A stretch of 14,300 nt of DNA, from contig JBKPAK010000238.1 in NCBI GenBank assembly GCA_046726415.1, positions 1 through 14,300 on the forward strand. Direction: 5' to 3'. Shown piece by piece: positions 1 to 8,131 of the stretch (position 1 is its first letter; each line of letters starts with the position of its first letter). Under the pieces are notes generated by a model. That model searched no databases. It saw only the letters and a list, made by a program, of their open reading frames with translations, and was not told where the DNA came from. This stretch comes from Candidatus Methylomirabilota bacterium (GTDB taxonomy: Bacteria > Methylomirabilota > Methylomirabilia > Rokubacteriales > CSP1-6). The position numbers and the translations under genes were made by a program.

Positions 1-1566
1 CACGAGGACACACAGAGGAGCGTGGAGCTGGGCCATCAGGAGCCGGAAACGCTCGGTGTGTCGATAGACGACATCGGCCTGCTGCCCCAGTCGCGCGGAC
101 AGCGCCGCGTGCGAGCGCGTCGCATCGACCTCGGAGATCGCCATCCGAATGCTCGGGGTCGGCTGGTTTCTCATCATCGGGGCGGCCACCAGGATCGCGT
201 CGCCCTCCCGGAGATCGCGCCCGCCCAGGTAGTCGACCTTCACATCGCGGCGGTCCTTCAGGACATGGAGATGCAGAGCCAACTCCGCGACGTATTCGTT
301 AGGATCGCTCAGGTTGACCAGAACGGTGCCGTGCCGGACCACTGCGGTCGCCAGGAAATCGACGAGGCGCTGATTGGCCGCGTCGATCGCGACCTGGAGA
401 CGGCCGTTCGTCAGCGCAGTGGCCAGGCTCAGGAACGCCAGCACCACGGTGAGGATCAGGAGGGTCCGGGCTACCATCCTGACGGCTCTCCTCGAGGCGC
501 CCAGCGACCGGACCACCGAGGCCATCCCGATCCCGGTCAGGGCGGAGACGCCAATGGCGGCCGGCAGTAGGTAGTACTCGAACGTGGAGTGCCACGGCAG
601 CATGATGAGAGTCCACGCGATGATCCAGAACACGGACACCAGGACCAACCAGGGGTCCGCGCGGAGACGGTGCCGCTCGCGCCACCACACGAAGGCCAGG
701 AGTGGCGCGAGGAGCGGGAAATCCCGGACGTACCAGGCGAGATGCCTCAGCGCGCTGGCCGCCAGGACCTGACCGCTCACCGCATAGTGATGCGAATCCC
801 CGCCGGCGCCGATGGCCGCCGTGCCCACGGCCGCGCGGACAGCCCAGAACAGCGCCGTGCCGGCCAGGTTCATGGCCAGACACCAGCGATCGATCCGCTC
901 GGCGCTGGGCTGGCGAGTGATTCCGGGCAAGCGCCGTAGCGCGATGACGCACAGCACGCTGACGACGAGCATCGCTTGGGCCGTCTCCTTGGTGAGATAG
1001 GCGAAGAGCAGCGCGAGCGCGCTCGCGGCCAGCAGACCCCGGCTTCGCCGGGGAGCCGTCTCCCACTGCGCGCGGGCTCCGGCCCAGCCACCCAGCGACA
1101 CGGCGAGCCACAGCGCGAGGGGGACCTCGGGTTTGGAGAGCGTGTAGTAATTCTCGACGACCGGAGGCGAGAGCAGATAGGCCAGGCCGCCGATGGCACT
1201 GGCGAGGGCATCTTTCGTGGCAAGGGCCACCGCCGCGGCCACCGCCAGCCCGGTCAACAGCAGCGCCACGCCGTTCGCGATGAAGAATCCCAGGGGACTC
1301 GGTCCCCACAGCGCGTACTGCAGGGCGTTGTGCACCCAGTACCACGGTCGAAAGCGCCCGCGATGCACCTCGAGGGTGAAGGGAAGGAGGGCATCAACCT
1401 GGCCCACGATACGCCGCGCGACCTCGATGGTGACGCCGTCGTCGAGAAGCCCGAAGTTCGGGCAGAGGAGTCTCGGCGTCATGACGACGACGGTCACCAG
1501 GCCGAGGAGCGCGGAGATGACGACCACGCGCCGACGGGCGATGGCGGTCAGTCCGTCGCTCGGCAA
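1..1566 (-). CDS. Polytopic membrane protein, probable GT-C fold glycosyltransferase (ArnT/PMT-like); 3' end outside window
   Basis: Hand translation gives a frame open from TTG at 1566 to base 1 (522 codons, no stop, hence absent from the ORF track). It has an N-terminal TM (VVVISALLGLVTVVVM), then PNFGLLDDG, GRFRPWYW, ENYYTLSKPE, AYLTKET and FEYYLLP, many hydrophobic helices and a soluble C-terminal part. An acidic DD after TM1 and a KE motif are typical of GT-C enzymes. Alternative start is ATG at 1482. Confidence 0.75.
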   Translation of the reverse strand, partial: MPSDGLTAIARRRVVVISALLGLVTVVVMTPRLLCPNFGLLDDGVTIEVARRIVGQVDALLPFTLEVHRGRFRPWYWVHNALQYALWGPSPLGFFIANGVALLLTGLAVAAAVALATKDALASAIGGLAYLLSPPVVENYYTLSKPEVPLALWLAVSLGGWAGARAQWETAPRRSRGLLAASALALLFAYLTKETAQAMLVVSVLCVIALRRLPGITRQPSAERIDRWCLAMNLAGTALFWAVRAAVGTAAIGAGGDSHHYAVSGQVLAASALRHLAWYVRDFPLLAPLLAFVWWRERHRLRADPWLVLVSVFWIIAWTLIMLPWHSTFEYYLLPAAIGVSALTGIGMASVVRSLGASRRAVRMVARTLLILTVVLAFLSLATALTNGRLQVAIDAANQRLVDFLATAVVRHGTVLVNLSDPNEYVAELALHLHVLKDRRDVKVDYLGGRDLREGDAILVAAPMMRNQPTPSIRMAISEVDATRSHAALSARLGQQADVVYRHTERFRLLMAQLHAPLCVLV

Positions 1567-2262
1567 TCAGTAGGCGAGGAAGGGCTCGGTGGCCGTTCGC
1601 ACCCGCACGAAGTACTCTTTGAAGCGCTCCGCCTCGTCCCCACTCACCATGTCCGAGACGAGGAAGCAGGCGAGATCACCGTGCCGCCACACCCACGTGG
1701 CAAAGCCGCTATCCTGCATGAGGATGGGCCGCCAGGCCCCCACGCTTATTCGCGCGCGATCCGGTAGCTTCAGCGCCGGCGCGGGAAGCGCCACGTACGT
1801 GATAAAACGGCCGGCGTGGTCGCGATAGTGCAGGGCCACCCCTCGCTCGCGCTCGAGATACACGGGCTCCGCATTCACCAGCCACAGCGTATCGTCTCCC
1901 GCGAAGACCCGAGCCAGGGCGATGCCCGACTCTTGCGTGAGCCACGACGAGGCCGTCGGCACGATGGTCGAGTTGCGCGCGCCCCACATGAGGGCACGGC
2001 TGTGCTCGCTCACCACCGCGCGCACCAGGCGCTGCACCGGATCGGGTCGATTGCTGGCCGGCAACCCCGGAAGCAAAAAGAGCACCACGAGGGCCGCGGT
2101 GGCCAGCGCGGCCACAATGGGGGCCATCCACACCGGCCGGTGTGACTCCCGAGGGGCGGCCACGATGGCCGCTCGCAGGTGGTGCGGCGCCGTGTAGCGC
2201 GGCAACTCGCTCTGGAGCCGGCGGCTGAGGGCCTCGTCGGAAAGATCGTGGGGCTCGCTCAT
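1567..2262 (-). CDS. Transmembrane anti-sigma factor (RsiW/PrtR-like)
   Basis: Overlaps the sigma stop by 4 bp (ATGA). Short N-terminal cytoplasmic part (APHHLRAAI), one TM (WMAPIVAALATAALVVLFLL) and a C-terminal domain with VALHYR...ITYV and W...GDLACFLVSD patterns resembling PrtR-type anti-sigmas. Confidence 0.8.
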   Translation of the reverse strand: MSEPHDLSDEALSRRLQSELPRYTAPHHLRAAIVAAPRESHRPVWMAPIVAALATAALVVLFLLPGLPASNRPDPVQRLVRAVVSEHSRALMWGARNSTIVPTASSWLTQESGIALARVFAGDDTLWLVNAEPVYLERERGVALHYRDHAGRFITYVALPAPALKLPDRARISVGAWRPILMQDSGFATWVWRHGDLACFLVSDMVSGDEAERFKEYFVRVRTATEPFLAY

Positions 2263-2771
2263 CGGCTGCGATAGTCGGGCAGGAGCCCGCGGAGCCTCTC
2301 CTTGGCCCGGAAGATTCTCGACTTGACGGTTCCGACAGGACAGCTCATGACCCGCGCCACTTCCTCCAGGGGCATTCCCTCGATCTCAGCGAGCAGCAGC
2401 ACGGTGCGGAATTCCTCGGGCAAGCGTCGCATGGCGCGTTCGAGATCCGTGTGCGCCTCCAGGACGCGCCCGGTCTCCTCCGGCGCGTCGTGGAACATCG
2501 GAACATCCCAGTCCGGAACGCCATCTTCTGCCAACGCGGACTCCCGTTCGCGCAGCCGGTAGAAGGTGAGGAATGTGTTCCTCAGGATCTGAAACATCCA
2601 GGCGCGGAGGTGGGTTCCCGGCTGGAAGCGGTGCGAAAACCGGAAGGCGCGCAGGTACGTCTCCTGCACGAGGTCTTCGGCATCCGAGGGATTGTGGGCG
2701 AGATACATCGCGAAATTGTAGAGGGCGTTGAGGTGCTGGAGGGCGTCATGCTGGAACTCGGGCGAGGCCAC
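2259..2771 (-). CDS. ECF-family RNA polymerase sigma-70 factor
   Basis: Region 2 DAEDLVQETYLRAFR...AWMFQILRN; region 4 LPEEFRTVLLLAEIEGMPLEEVARVMSCPVGTVKSRIFRAK; 170 aa, GTG start. Confidence 0.95.
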   Translation of the reverse strand: MASPEFQHDALQHLNALYNFAMYLAHNPSDAEDLVQETYLRAFRFSHRFQPGTHLRAWMFQILRNTFLTFYRLRERESALAEDGVPDWDVPMFHDAPEETGRVLEAHTDLERAMRRLPEEFRTVLLLAEIEGMPLEEVARVMSCPVGTVKSRIFRAKERLRGLLPDYRSR

Positions 2772-2774
2772 GCC

Positions 2775-3326
2775 TCAGCCCTCGAACCAGCGGCGCGGAT
2801 AGGGCGCCGGGCGTACGTCGTGCTCATCGCTCAGCGCTTCGAGAAGCTCCCGGATGGTCTTGTACTCGAGCGGATGCTCGAGGTCGGGGGCGATGTCCGC
2901 CAGAGGCCGGAGGACGAACCCGCGCTCGTGCAGGAGCAAGTGCGGGATCTGCAGCTCGTCCGGCACGCTCAGCACGAGGTCCTCGTAGAAGAGGATGTCG
3001 ATATCCACCGTACGGGGGACAAAGCGGCGCTCCTCCGGGGTGCCCGCGGGGCGCACCCGACCCAGCGCGGCTTCCATCTCCTGGAGGCGGCTGAGCAAGT
3101 CAGCGGGCGGGAGAGAGGTCTCGATGGCGATGACGCAGTTGAGGTGCCACGTCTGTTCGTGGAGTCCCGCCCCCGGCGTGCTCTCCCAGGGTTCGCTCTC
3201 GTACAGGGGTGAGGCGTCCACAATCTCCACGTCGCTCGTCGCCGCGAGCCGTTGGTAGACGGCGCGCAGCAAGGATAACCGCGCCTCGCCCGCGTTGGAG
3301 CCGAGACCCAGAAAGACGCGAGGCAT
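2775..3326 (-). CDS. folK: 2-amino-4-hydroxy-6-hydroxymethyldihydropteridine diphosphokinase (HPPK)
   Basis: FLGLGSN, SPLYESEP, PRTVDIDIL, LQIPH, ERGFVLRPL. Start moved to ATG 3326 (MPRVFL) to avoid overlap with folB. Confidence 0.95.
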   Translation of the reverse strand: MPRVFLGLGSNAGEARLSLLRAVYQRLAATSDVEIVDASPLYESEPWESTPGAGLHEQTWHLNCVIAIETSLPPADLLSRLQEMEAALGRVRPAGTPEERRFVPRTVDIDILFYEDLVLSVPDELQIPHLLLHERGFVLRPLADIAPDLEHPLEYKTIRELLEALSDEHDVRPAPYPRRWFEG

Positions 3327-3333
3327 TAGGGCG

Positions 3334-3690
3334 TCATCGGGCGCGCACCAGTTCGACGGCCGGGATGCCATGAATACCGCCGAGGGGCACCGTCAATTTG
3401 CGCACGCGTACGCGGACCTCGGGGGTCGGATACTCGCGCAACAGCATCTCCGCGATGAGACTGGCCAGTCGCTCCAGCAAGTTCACGCGACCTCCGGAGC
3501 CCAACTCCACGATCCGCCGAGCCACCTCACCGTAGTCGACGGTGGCCTGGAGATCATCGGACAAGGCGGCGGGGGCCAGGTCCAGGGCAAGCTCAACGTC
3601 CACCGAGAACCACATGCCGATGGTCTGCTCAGCCTTGGTCACGCCGTGGTGTCCGTAGAAGCGCACGTCCTCGAGCAGCAGCCGATCCAT
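3334..3690 (-). CDS. folB: Dihydroneopterin aldolase
   Basis: FYGHHGV..AE, SDDLQATVDY, NLLERLA, VRVRK. ATG 3690 preferred; GTG 3702 is possible. Confidence 0.93.
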   Translation of the reverse strand: MDRLLLEDVRFYGHHGVTKAEQTIGMWFSVDVELALDLAPAALSDDLQATVDYGEVARRIVELGSGGRVNLLERLASLIAEMLLREYPTPEVRVRVRKLTVPLGGIHGIPAVELVRAR

Positions 3691-3719
3691 GACAGGACCC
3701 ACGACGCGCCGGCGCGGGA

Positions 3720-4523
3720 TCAGGTCAGACCGAGGACGTCCTGCATCGAATACAGCCCGGGGGGCCGATCGGCCAGCCAGCGGGCCGCCCGTATGGCGCC
3801 GCGCGCAAAGGTGTCGCGGCTGTGCGCCCGATGGGTCAATTCGATCCGCTCGCCCAGCGTGCCAAATGACACGGTGTGCTCACCGACCACGTCGCCGGAG
3901 CGCAGGGACATGACGGCGATCTCTCGCCGGGTGCGCTCGCCGGGATGGCCTTGGCGTCCGTACACGGCCACCGAAGAGAAATCGCGACCCAGCGCCTCCG
4001 CGATGACCTCCCCCATGCGGAGCGCGGTTCCGCTGGGGGCATCCTTCTTGAAGCGATGGTGCGTCTCCACGATCTCGATGTCGTAGTCATCGCCGAGCGC
4101 GCGGGCCATCGTGGCGAGCAACGAGAAGGCAAGGGTGACCGCGACCGACATGTTCGGGGCGAGCAAGATCGCAGCCCGCCGGCCGAGGGTGGCGATCTCC
4201 TCGCGCTGGGCGCGACTGAAACCCGTGGTGCCGATCACCGCCCGCGCCCCGGCCGCCTCCACCAGCCGAAGGTGGGCGAGACTCGCTTCGGGGATGGAGA
4301 ATTCGATGAGAAGTCGCCCGCCCGTGATGGCGGCGGCCGCGTCGCTGGCAATGGGCACTCCGCGGGTACCGATTCCAGCCACCTCGCCGGCGTCGCGGCC
4401 GATGGCCGGTTGGCCGGGCGCCTCCAGAGCACCGACCAGGCGAAGATCATCGGCCTCGGTCAGACAGGCCACGAGACGGGACCCCATGCGGCCGGCGGCG
4501 CCGGCGACCACCACGTCGGTCAT
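3720..4523 (-). CDS. dapB: 4-hydroxy-tetrahydrodipicolinate reductase
   Basis: GAAGRMG, IGTTGF, APNMS, ETHHRFKKDAPSGTA, GEHTV, FARGA motifs. Confidence 0.97.
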   Translation of the reverse strand: MTDVVVAGAAGRMGSRLVACLTEADDLRLVGALEAPGQPAIGRDAGEVAGIGTRGVPIASDAAAAITGGRLLIEFSIPEASLAHLRLVEAAGARAVIGTTGFSRAQREEIATLGRRAAILLAPNMSVAVTLAFSLLATMARALGDDYDIEIVETHHRFKKDAPSGTALRMGEVIAEALGRDFSSVAVYGRQGHPGERTRREIAVMSLRSGDVVGEHTVSFGTLGERIELTHRAHSRDTFARGAIRAARWLADRPPGLYSMQDVLGLT

Positions 4524-4533
4524 AGCACTGCGG

Positions 4534-5418
4534 TTATTTCACGAGACCGTACGACTCCAGGATGCCGAGCAGCTTCTCGCGGTTGGCCTCGCCCATGCGG
4601 CACATGGGCAGGCGAAACTCCGGCTCGAGCATCCCGGCCATCGCCATTGCTTCCTTGATGGGGATTGGATTCGTCTCGAGGAAGGCCGCACGCGCCAGCG
4701 GGAAGAGCTTGTAGTGCAGCTCGCGCGCGCGCTTCCAGTCGCCGTCGAGCGCGGCGTGCACCATCTCCGCCGTTTCGCGCGGCACGATGTTGGCGATCAC
4801 GGAGATGACGCCGCGTCCCCCGATTGCCAGGAGCGGGAGCGTGATGTTGTCATCGCCGGAGAGCACGGAGAAATTCGGTCCGCAGGCCAGGATGACCTGG
4901 CTCATCTGATCCAGCGAGCCCGAGGCTTCCTTGACCCCTACGACGTTCCTGCAGTCGCGGGCGAGCCGGGCGAGCGTGTCTGTCTCCACGTTCACCGCGG
5001 TGCGGCTCTGGATGTTGTAGAGCAGGATGGGAATGGACGTGCTCTCGGCCACCGCCCGGAAGTGCTCGTACAACCCCCGCTGGGTTGGCTTGTTGTAATA
5101 CGGGTTCACGACCAAGGCGCCGGCGGCGCCCGCTCGCTCCGCGTGCCGGGTGAGATCGATGGCTTCCGCAGTGGAGTTGGAACCCGTTCCCGCGATGACG
5201 GGGATGCGCTTGCGCGCGGCGTCCACCACGATCTCGACCACATGCTTGTGCTCGTCGTGGCTCAGGGTTGGGGACTCACCGGTCGTACCGCAAGGGATGA
5301 GCGCATCGGTTCCGTGCCCGACGTGGAACTCGACGAGTTCCCGCAGCTTGGTGTCGTCGATCTGTCCGTGCCTGAACGGGGTTACCAGCGCCACAAACGA
5401 GCCCTGAAATGGCGTCAT
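4534..5418 (-). CDS. dapA: 4-hydroxy-tetrahydrodipicolinate synthase
   Basis: ALVTPF, GTTGESPTL, PYYNKPTQ, LYNI..RT, Schiff-base GVKEASG, SGDD, NPIPIK. Start ATG 5418 follows a GGGGAG Shine-Dalgarno; 294 aa. Confidence 0.97.
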   Translation of the reverse strand: MTPFQGSFVALVTPFRHGQIDDTKLRELVEFHVGHGTDALIPCGTTGESPTLSHDEHKHVVEIVVDAARKRIPVIAGTGSNSTAEAIDLTRHAERAGAAGALVVNPYYNKPTQRGLYEHFRAVAESTSIPILLYNIQSRTAVNVETDTLARLARDCRNVVGVKEASGSLDQMSQVILACGPNFSVLSGDDNITLPLLAIGGRGVISVIANIVPRETAEMVHAALDGDWKRARELHYKLFPLARAAFLETNPIPIKEAMAMAGMLEPEFRLPMCRMGEANREKLLGILESYGLVK

Positions 5419-5526
5419 CCTGTCGTCTCCCCGCCACTGGGACCTCGGCGGTCTGCCGGCGGCGCACTGGCTCATGATGGCCAAAAGATCACCAGCGCCC
5501 CGCGACACGCGTTCGCGCGAGCGCTC

Positions 5527-5546
5527 CCCTCTCCATGGGGGGAGGG
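5527..5546. repeat. Short GC-rich hairpin, REP-like (CCCTCTCC-ATGG-GGGGAGGG)
   Basis: 8-bp inverted repeat with one imperfect pair in the lipoprotein-dapA spacer. Resembles CCCTCTCCC..GGGAGAGGG-type intergenic palindromes. Single copy in this window. Confidence 0.4.
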
Positions 5547-5588
5547 TATCCATGTGCGCGTAAAGTCTGGCATTCGGCCCCGGTGAAG

Positions 5589-6656
5589 TCAAGGAACGCT
5601 GACGCTCGCCTCGTTAGAGTGGGCGCTCTCGTTGGCCCGCGAGCTGCCATCCTGGGCGGTCACCACGTATCGATAGCTTGCCGGCGCGACGCCCCGGTCC
5701 ACCAGGGTGGTGGCCGGGGCCGCGATAGAGCCCACGCGGGTGAATGTCCCCCGCGGATCAGCGCGATATACGACGTAGCGAGCGACGTCGGGATCTGGGC
5801 TCGCCGTCCACGAAAGCCGCACGTCCCCGGCGGCGGCAATCGCCACCAGGTCGCGCGGCGGTGCGGGTGGCGTGACGTCCACCGGGGTGGCCGTGATTCT
5901 CGCTGAGGGCGCGCCACGGGCGCTTCCGCCTTCATCCGCGCGGAGGGCCCGCACGGCATACGTGTACGTTTGGTCGTTGACGAGGCCGCGATCCACGAAG
6001 GTCGTCCCGCTGACGGGCGAGGGTGTGATCGGTTCCGGCGTTCCCTCCGCGCCGGCGGCGCGGAGCACTTCGTAGCTCAGCGTTCCCGTGACGGGATTTC
6101 CGTCCACGAGCTGGGCGGGCCGATCCCAGCGGAGCCGGACCTCGCCCTCTCCCGGCGTGGCCTCGACATCCTGAGGCGGGCCCGGCGGGGCGATGTAGGT
6201 CACGGACAGTCGGGTGGAAGGTGGGCTCACCCGGCCCTCTTTGTCCTCGACGAGCACCACGTACGTGTAGCGGCGGCCGTACGCCAATCCCTGCCGGTCG
6301 GGAAGCGCGACGCGCGAGCCGTCGACGGTGGCGGGCGCCGGGGCGGCCATCGGGACGCTGGCGATCTCCTCGTAGCCGGCGATTCGTCCACGACTCCGCA
6401 ACGCGGATTTGGGCTCACCCGTTCCGGCGTCGTCGACGCGAAACACGTGAGCGACGGCGAGATCGCGGATCACCGTGCCGTCGACGCGCCGCGTGGGATT
6501 GGTCCAGCTCAGCTCGATGAGCCCGTCGCCCGCCACCGCGTTCAACTCGGAGACCGGCAGGGGTTCGCGAAGCTGGGGCGCGACCGGCGGCCCCACCTTT
6601 CCGCAGGCGACGAGAAGGAGGAGAGTGGCGGCGGCGCCGAGGGCGCGCGCCGTCAC
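5589..6656 (-). CDS. Lipoprotein with about 3 fibronectin type III domains
   Basis: Signal peptide II with lipobox LLVA-C (Cys18), then GKVGPPVAP. Repeated FN3 signatures (IELSW, VRLRW, VRLSW; YTYVV, YTYAV, YRYVV). GTG start overlaps the argH stop (GTGA). Confidence 0.85.
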   Translation of the reverse strand: MTARALGAAATLLLLVACGKVGPPVAPQLREPLPVSELNAVAGDGLIELSWTNPTRRVDGTVIRDLAVAHVFRVDDAGTGEPKSALRSRGRIAGYEEIASVPMAAPAPATVDGSRVALPDRQGLAYGRRYTYVVLVEDKEGRVSPPSTRLSVTYIAPPGPPQDVEATPGEGEVRLRWDRPAQLVDGNPVTGTLSYEVLRAAGAEGTPEPITPSPVSGTTFVDRGLVNDQTYTYAVRALRADEGGSARGAPSARITATPVDVTPPAPPRDLVAIAAAGDVRLSWTASPDPDVARYVVYRADPRGTFTRVGSIAAPATTLVDRGVAPASYRYVVTAQDGSSRANESAHSNEASVSVP

Positions 6657-8029
6657 GCGTTGCCGACCAACGCTTGCGCGAGGGCGAGGGAGGCGCGCAC
6701 GGCATCGGGCGCGGTTCCGCCGGTCACCAACCGCGCGCGCAGCGAGGCCTCCACGGACATTGCGTCCACGACGTCCTGATCGATGAGGTCGGAGAAGCGG
6801 CGCAGCTCAGCCACCGACAGCTGCAGGAGATCTCGCCCCTGCTCGAGGCCATAGCGCACGATGCGCCCCACCACCTCGTGGGCCTCTCGGAACGGGAGCC
6901 CCTTGCGCACGAGATAGTCGGCGACGTCGGTGGCCGTGGCGAAGTTTTCACCAGCAGCCTGACGCATCCGTTCGGGGCGAAAGCTGAGCGTGGAGACCAG
7001 GGGGGGCAGGACGCTCACCATGGCGGCGAGCGTATCGACCGAGTCGAAGAGAGGTTCCTTGTCCTCCTGCAGGTCAGAGTTGTAGGCGAGGGGAAGGCCC
7101 TTCATGATGGTCAGCACGGCCATCAGGTTGCCGTAGAGTCGGCCGCTCTTGCCGCGGACCAGCTCGGCCACGTCGGGGTTCTTCTTTTGCGGCATGATCG
7201 ACGAGCCAGTGGCGAAGCCATCCGCCATCTCCACGAAGCCGAATTCCGCCGTGGCCCACAGCGTCAGGTCGGCGGCCAACCGCGAGAGGTGCATGCCGAT
7301 GATGGCCGCCGCGGCCAGAAACTCTAGGACGTAATCGCGATCGCTGACCGCGTCAAGGCTGTTGGGGGTCACCGAGGCGAAGCCGAGATCCGCGGCCAGG
7401 GCTTCGCGATCGATGGGGAATGCCGCCCCAGCGAGCGCGGCGGCTCCGAGGGGCAAAACGTCGGCGCGCGCTCGGCACGCGGCGACGCGTCCGCGGTCGC
7501 GGTCGAGCATGAAGACGTAGGCGAGCAAATGATGGGCGAGGAGGATGGGCTGCGCTCGCTGCAGGTGCGTGTAGCCCGGCATGGCGACGTCCACGCTCTC
7601 CGCGGCCCGGCCGATCAGCGCTCGCTGAATCTGACGCAGTCCGTCGTCCACGCCGTGACAGACGTCTTTGAGATACAGGCGCTCGTCAAGGGCAATCTGG
7701 TCGTTGCGCGATCGCCCGGTGTGGAGCTTGCCCCCGGCGGGGCCCACCAGTTCCACTAGGCGGCGCTCGATGTTGATATGGATGTCCTCCAGCTCCGGGC
7801 GGAAGGGGAACGTTCCGGTTTCCAGCTCTTCCCGAATGCGCATGAGTCCCTTCGCGATGCTCTCGTGCTCTGGCGAGCTGAGCAGACCGGTGCGGGCCAG
7901 GGCGCGGGCCCAGGCGAGGCTCCCCGCGATGTCATGTGACCAGAGGCGCCGATCGAAGGCCAGCGAGGCGGTGAAGCGCTCCGCTGCGGGATCGATGCCA
8001 GCCGCGAAGCGTCCACTCCAAGCTTTCAT
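6653..8029 (-). CDS. argH: Argininosuccinate lyase
   Basis: W.GRF N-terminus, EDIH, LHTGRSRNDQ, MPGYTHLQRAQP, signature GSSIMPQKKNPD, KGLPLAYNSDLQEDKE. Confidence 0.98.
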   Translation of the reverse strand: MKAWSGRFAAGIDPAAERFTASLAFDRRLWSHDIAGSLAWARALARTGLLSSPEHESIAKGLMRIREELETGTFPFRPELEDIHINIERRLVELVGPAGGKLHTGRSRNDQIALDERLYLKDVCHGVDDGLRQIQRALIGRAAESVDVAMPGYTHLQRAQPILLAHHLLAYVFMLDRDRGRVAACRARADVLPLGAAALAGAAFPIDREALAADLGFASVTPNSLDAVSDRDYVLEFLAAAAIIGMHLSRLAADLTLWATAEFGFVEMADGFATGSSIMPQKKNPDVAELVRGKSGRLYGNLMAVLTIMKGLPLAYNSDLQEDKEPLFDSVDTLAAMVSVLPPLVSTLSFRPERMRQAAGENFATATDVADYLVRKGLPFREAHEVVGRIVRYGLEQGRDLLQLSVAELRRFSDLIDQDVVDAMSVEASLRARLVTGGTAPDAVRASLALAQALVGNA

Positions 8030-8131
8030 GGTCGCGACCGGGCGCCAGCGGGCCTGAGCCGAGGATGGCCCGTTGTCGGCGCGCGGGACTTCGCACCGTT
8101 CGCCGATTCGTTGACCGGGTTCACCAAGGTA

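Noticed and set aside
1564-1569. In-frame TGA junctions (anti-sigma/GT-C; also folK/sigma at 2775 and acyltransferase/argH at 8132) as readthrough, selenocysteine or recoding
   Set aside because: Each upstream protein ends at a plausible family length and each downstream gene has its own start. In-frame phase occurs by chance one time in three, and no SECIS-like context was recognised.
4111-5586. Long alternative-frame ORFs (4111..5586, 22..570, 299..1345, 976..1767, 3295..4086, 8972..10408, 9028..9906 and others)
   Set aside because: Shadow ORFs overlapping well-supported genes in GC-rich DNA, with no recognisable motifs.
5419-5592. 58-aa N-terminal extension of DapA
   Set aside because: DapA homology starts at MTPFQG, which has a good SD. 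The extension is a chance open frame.
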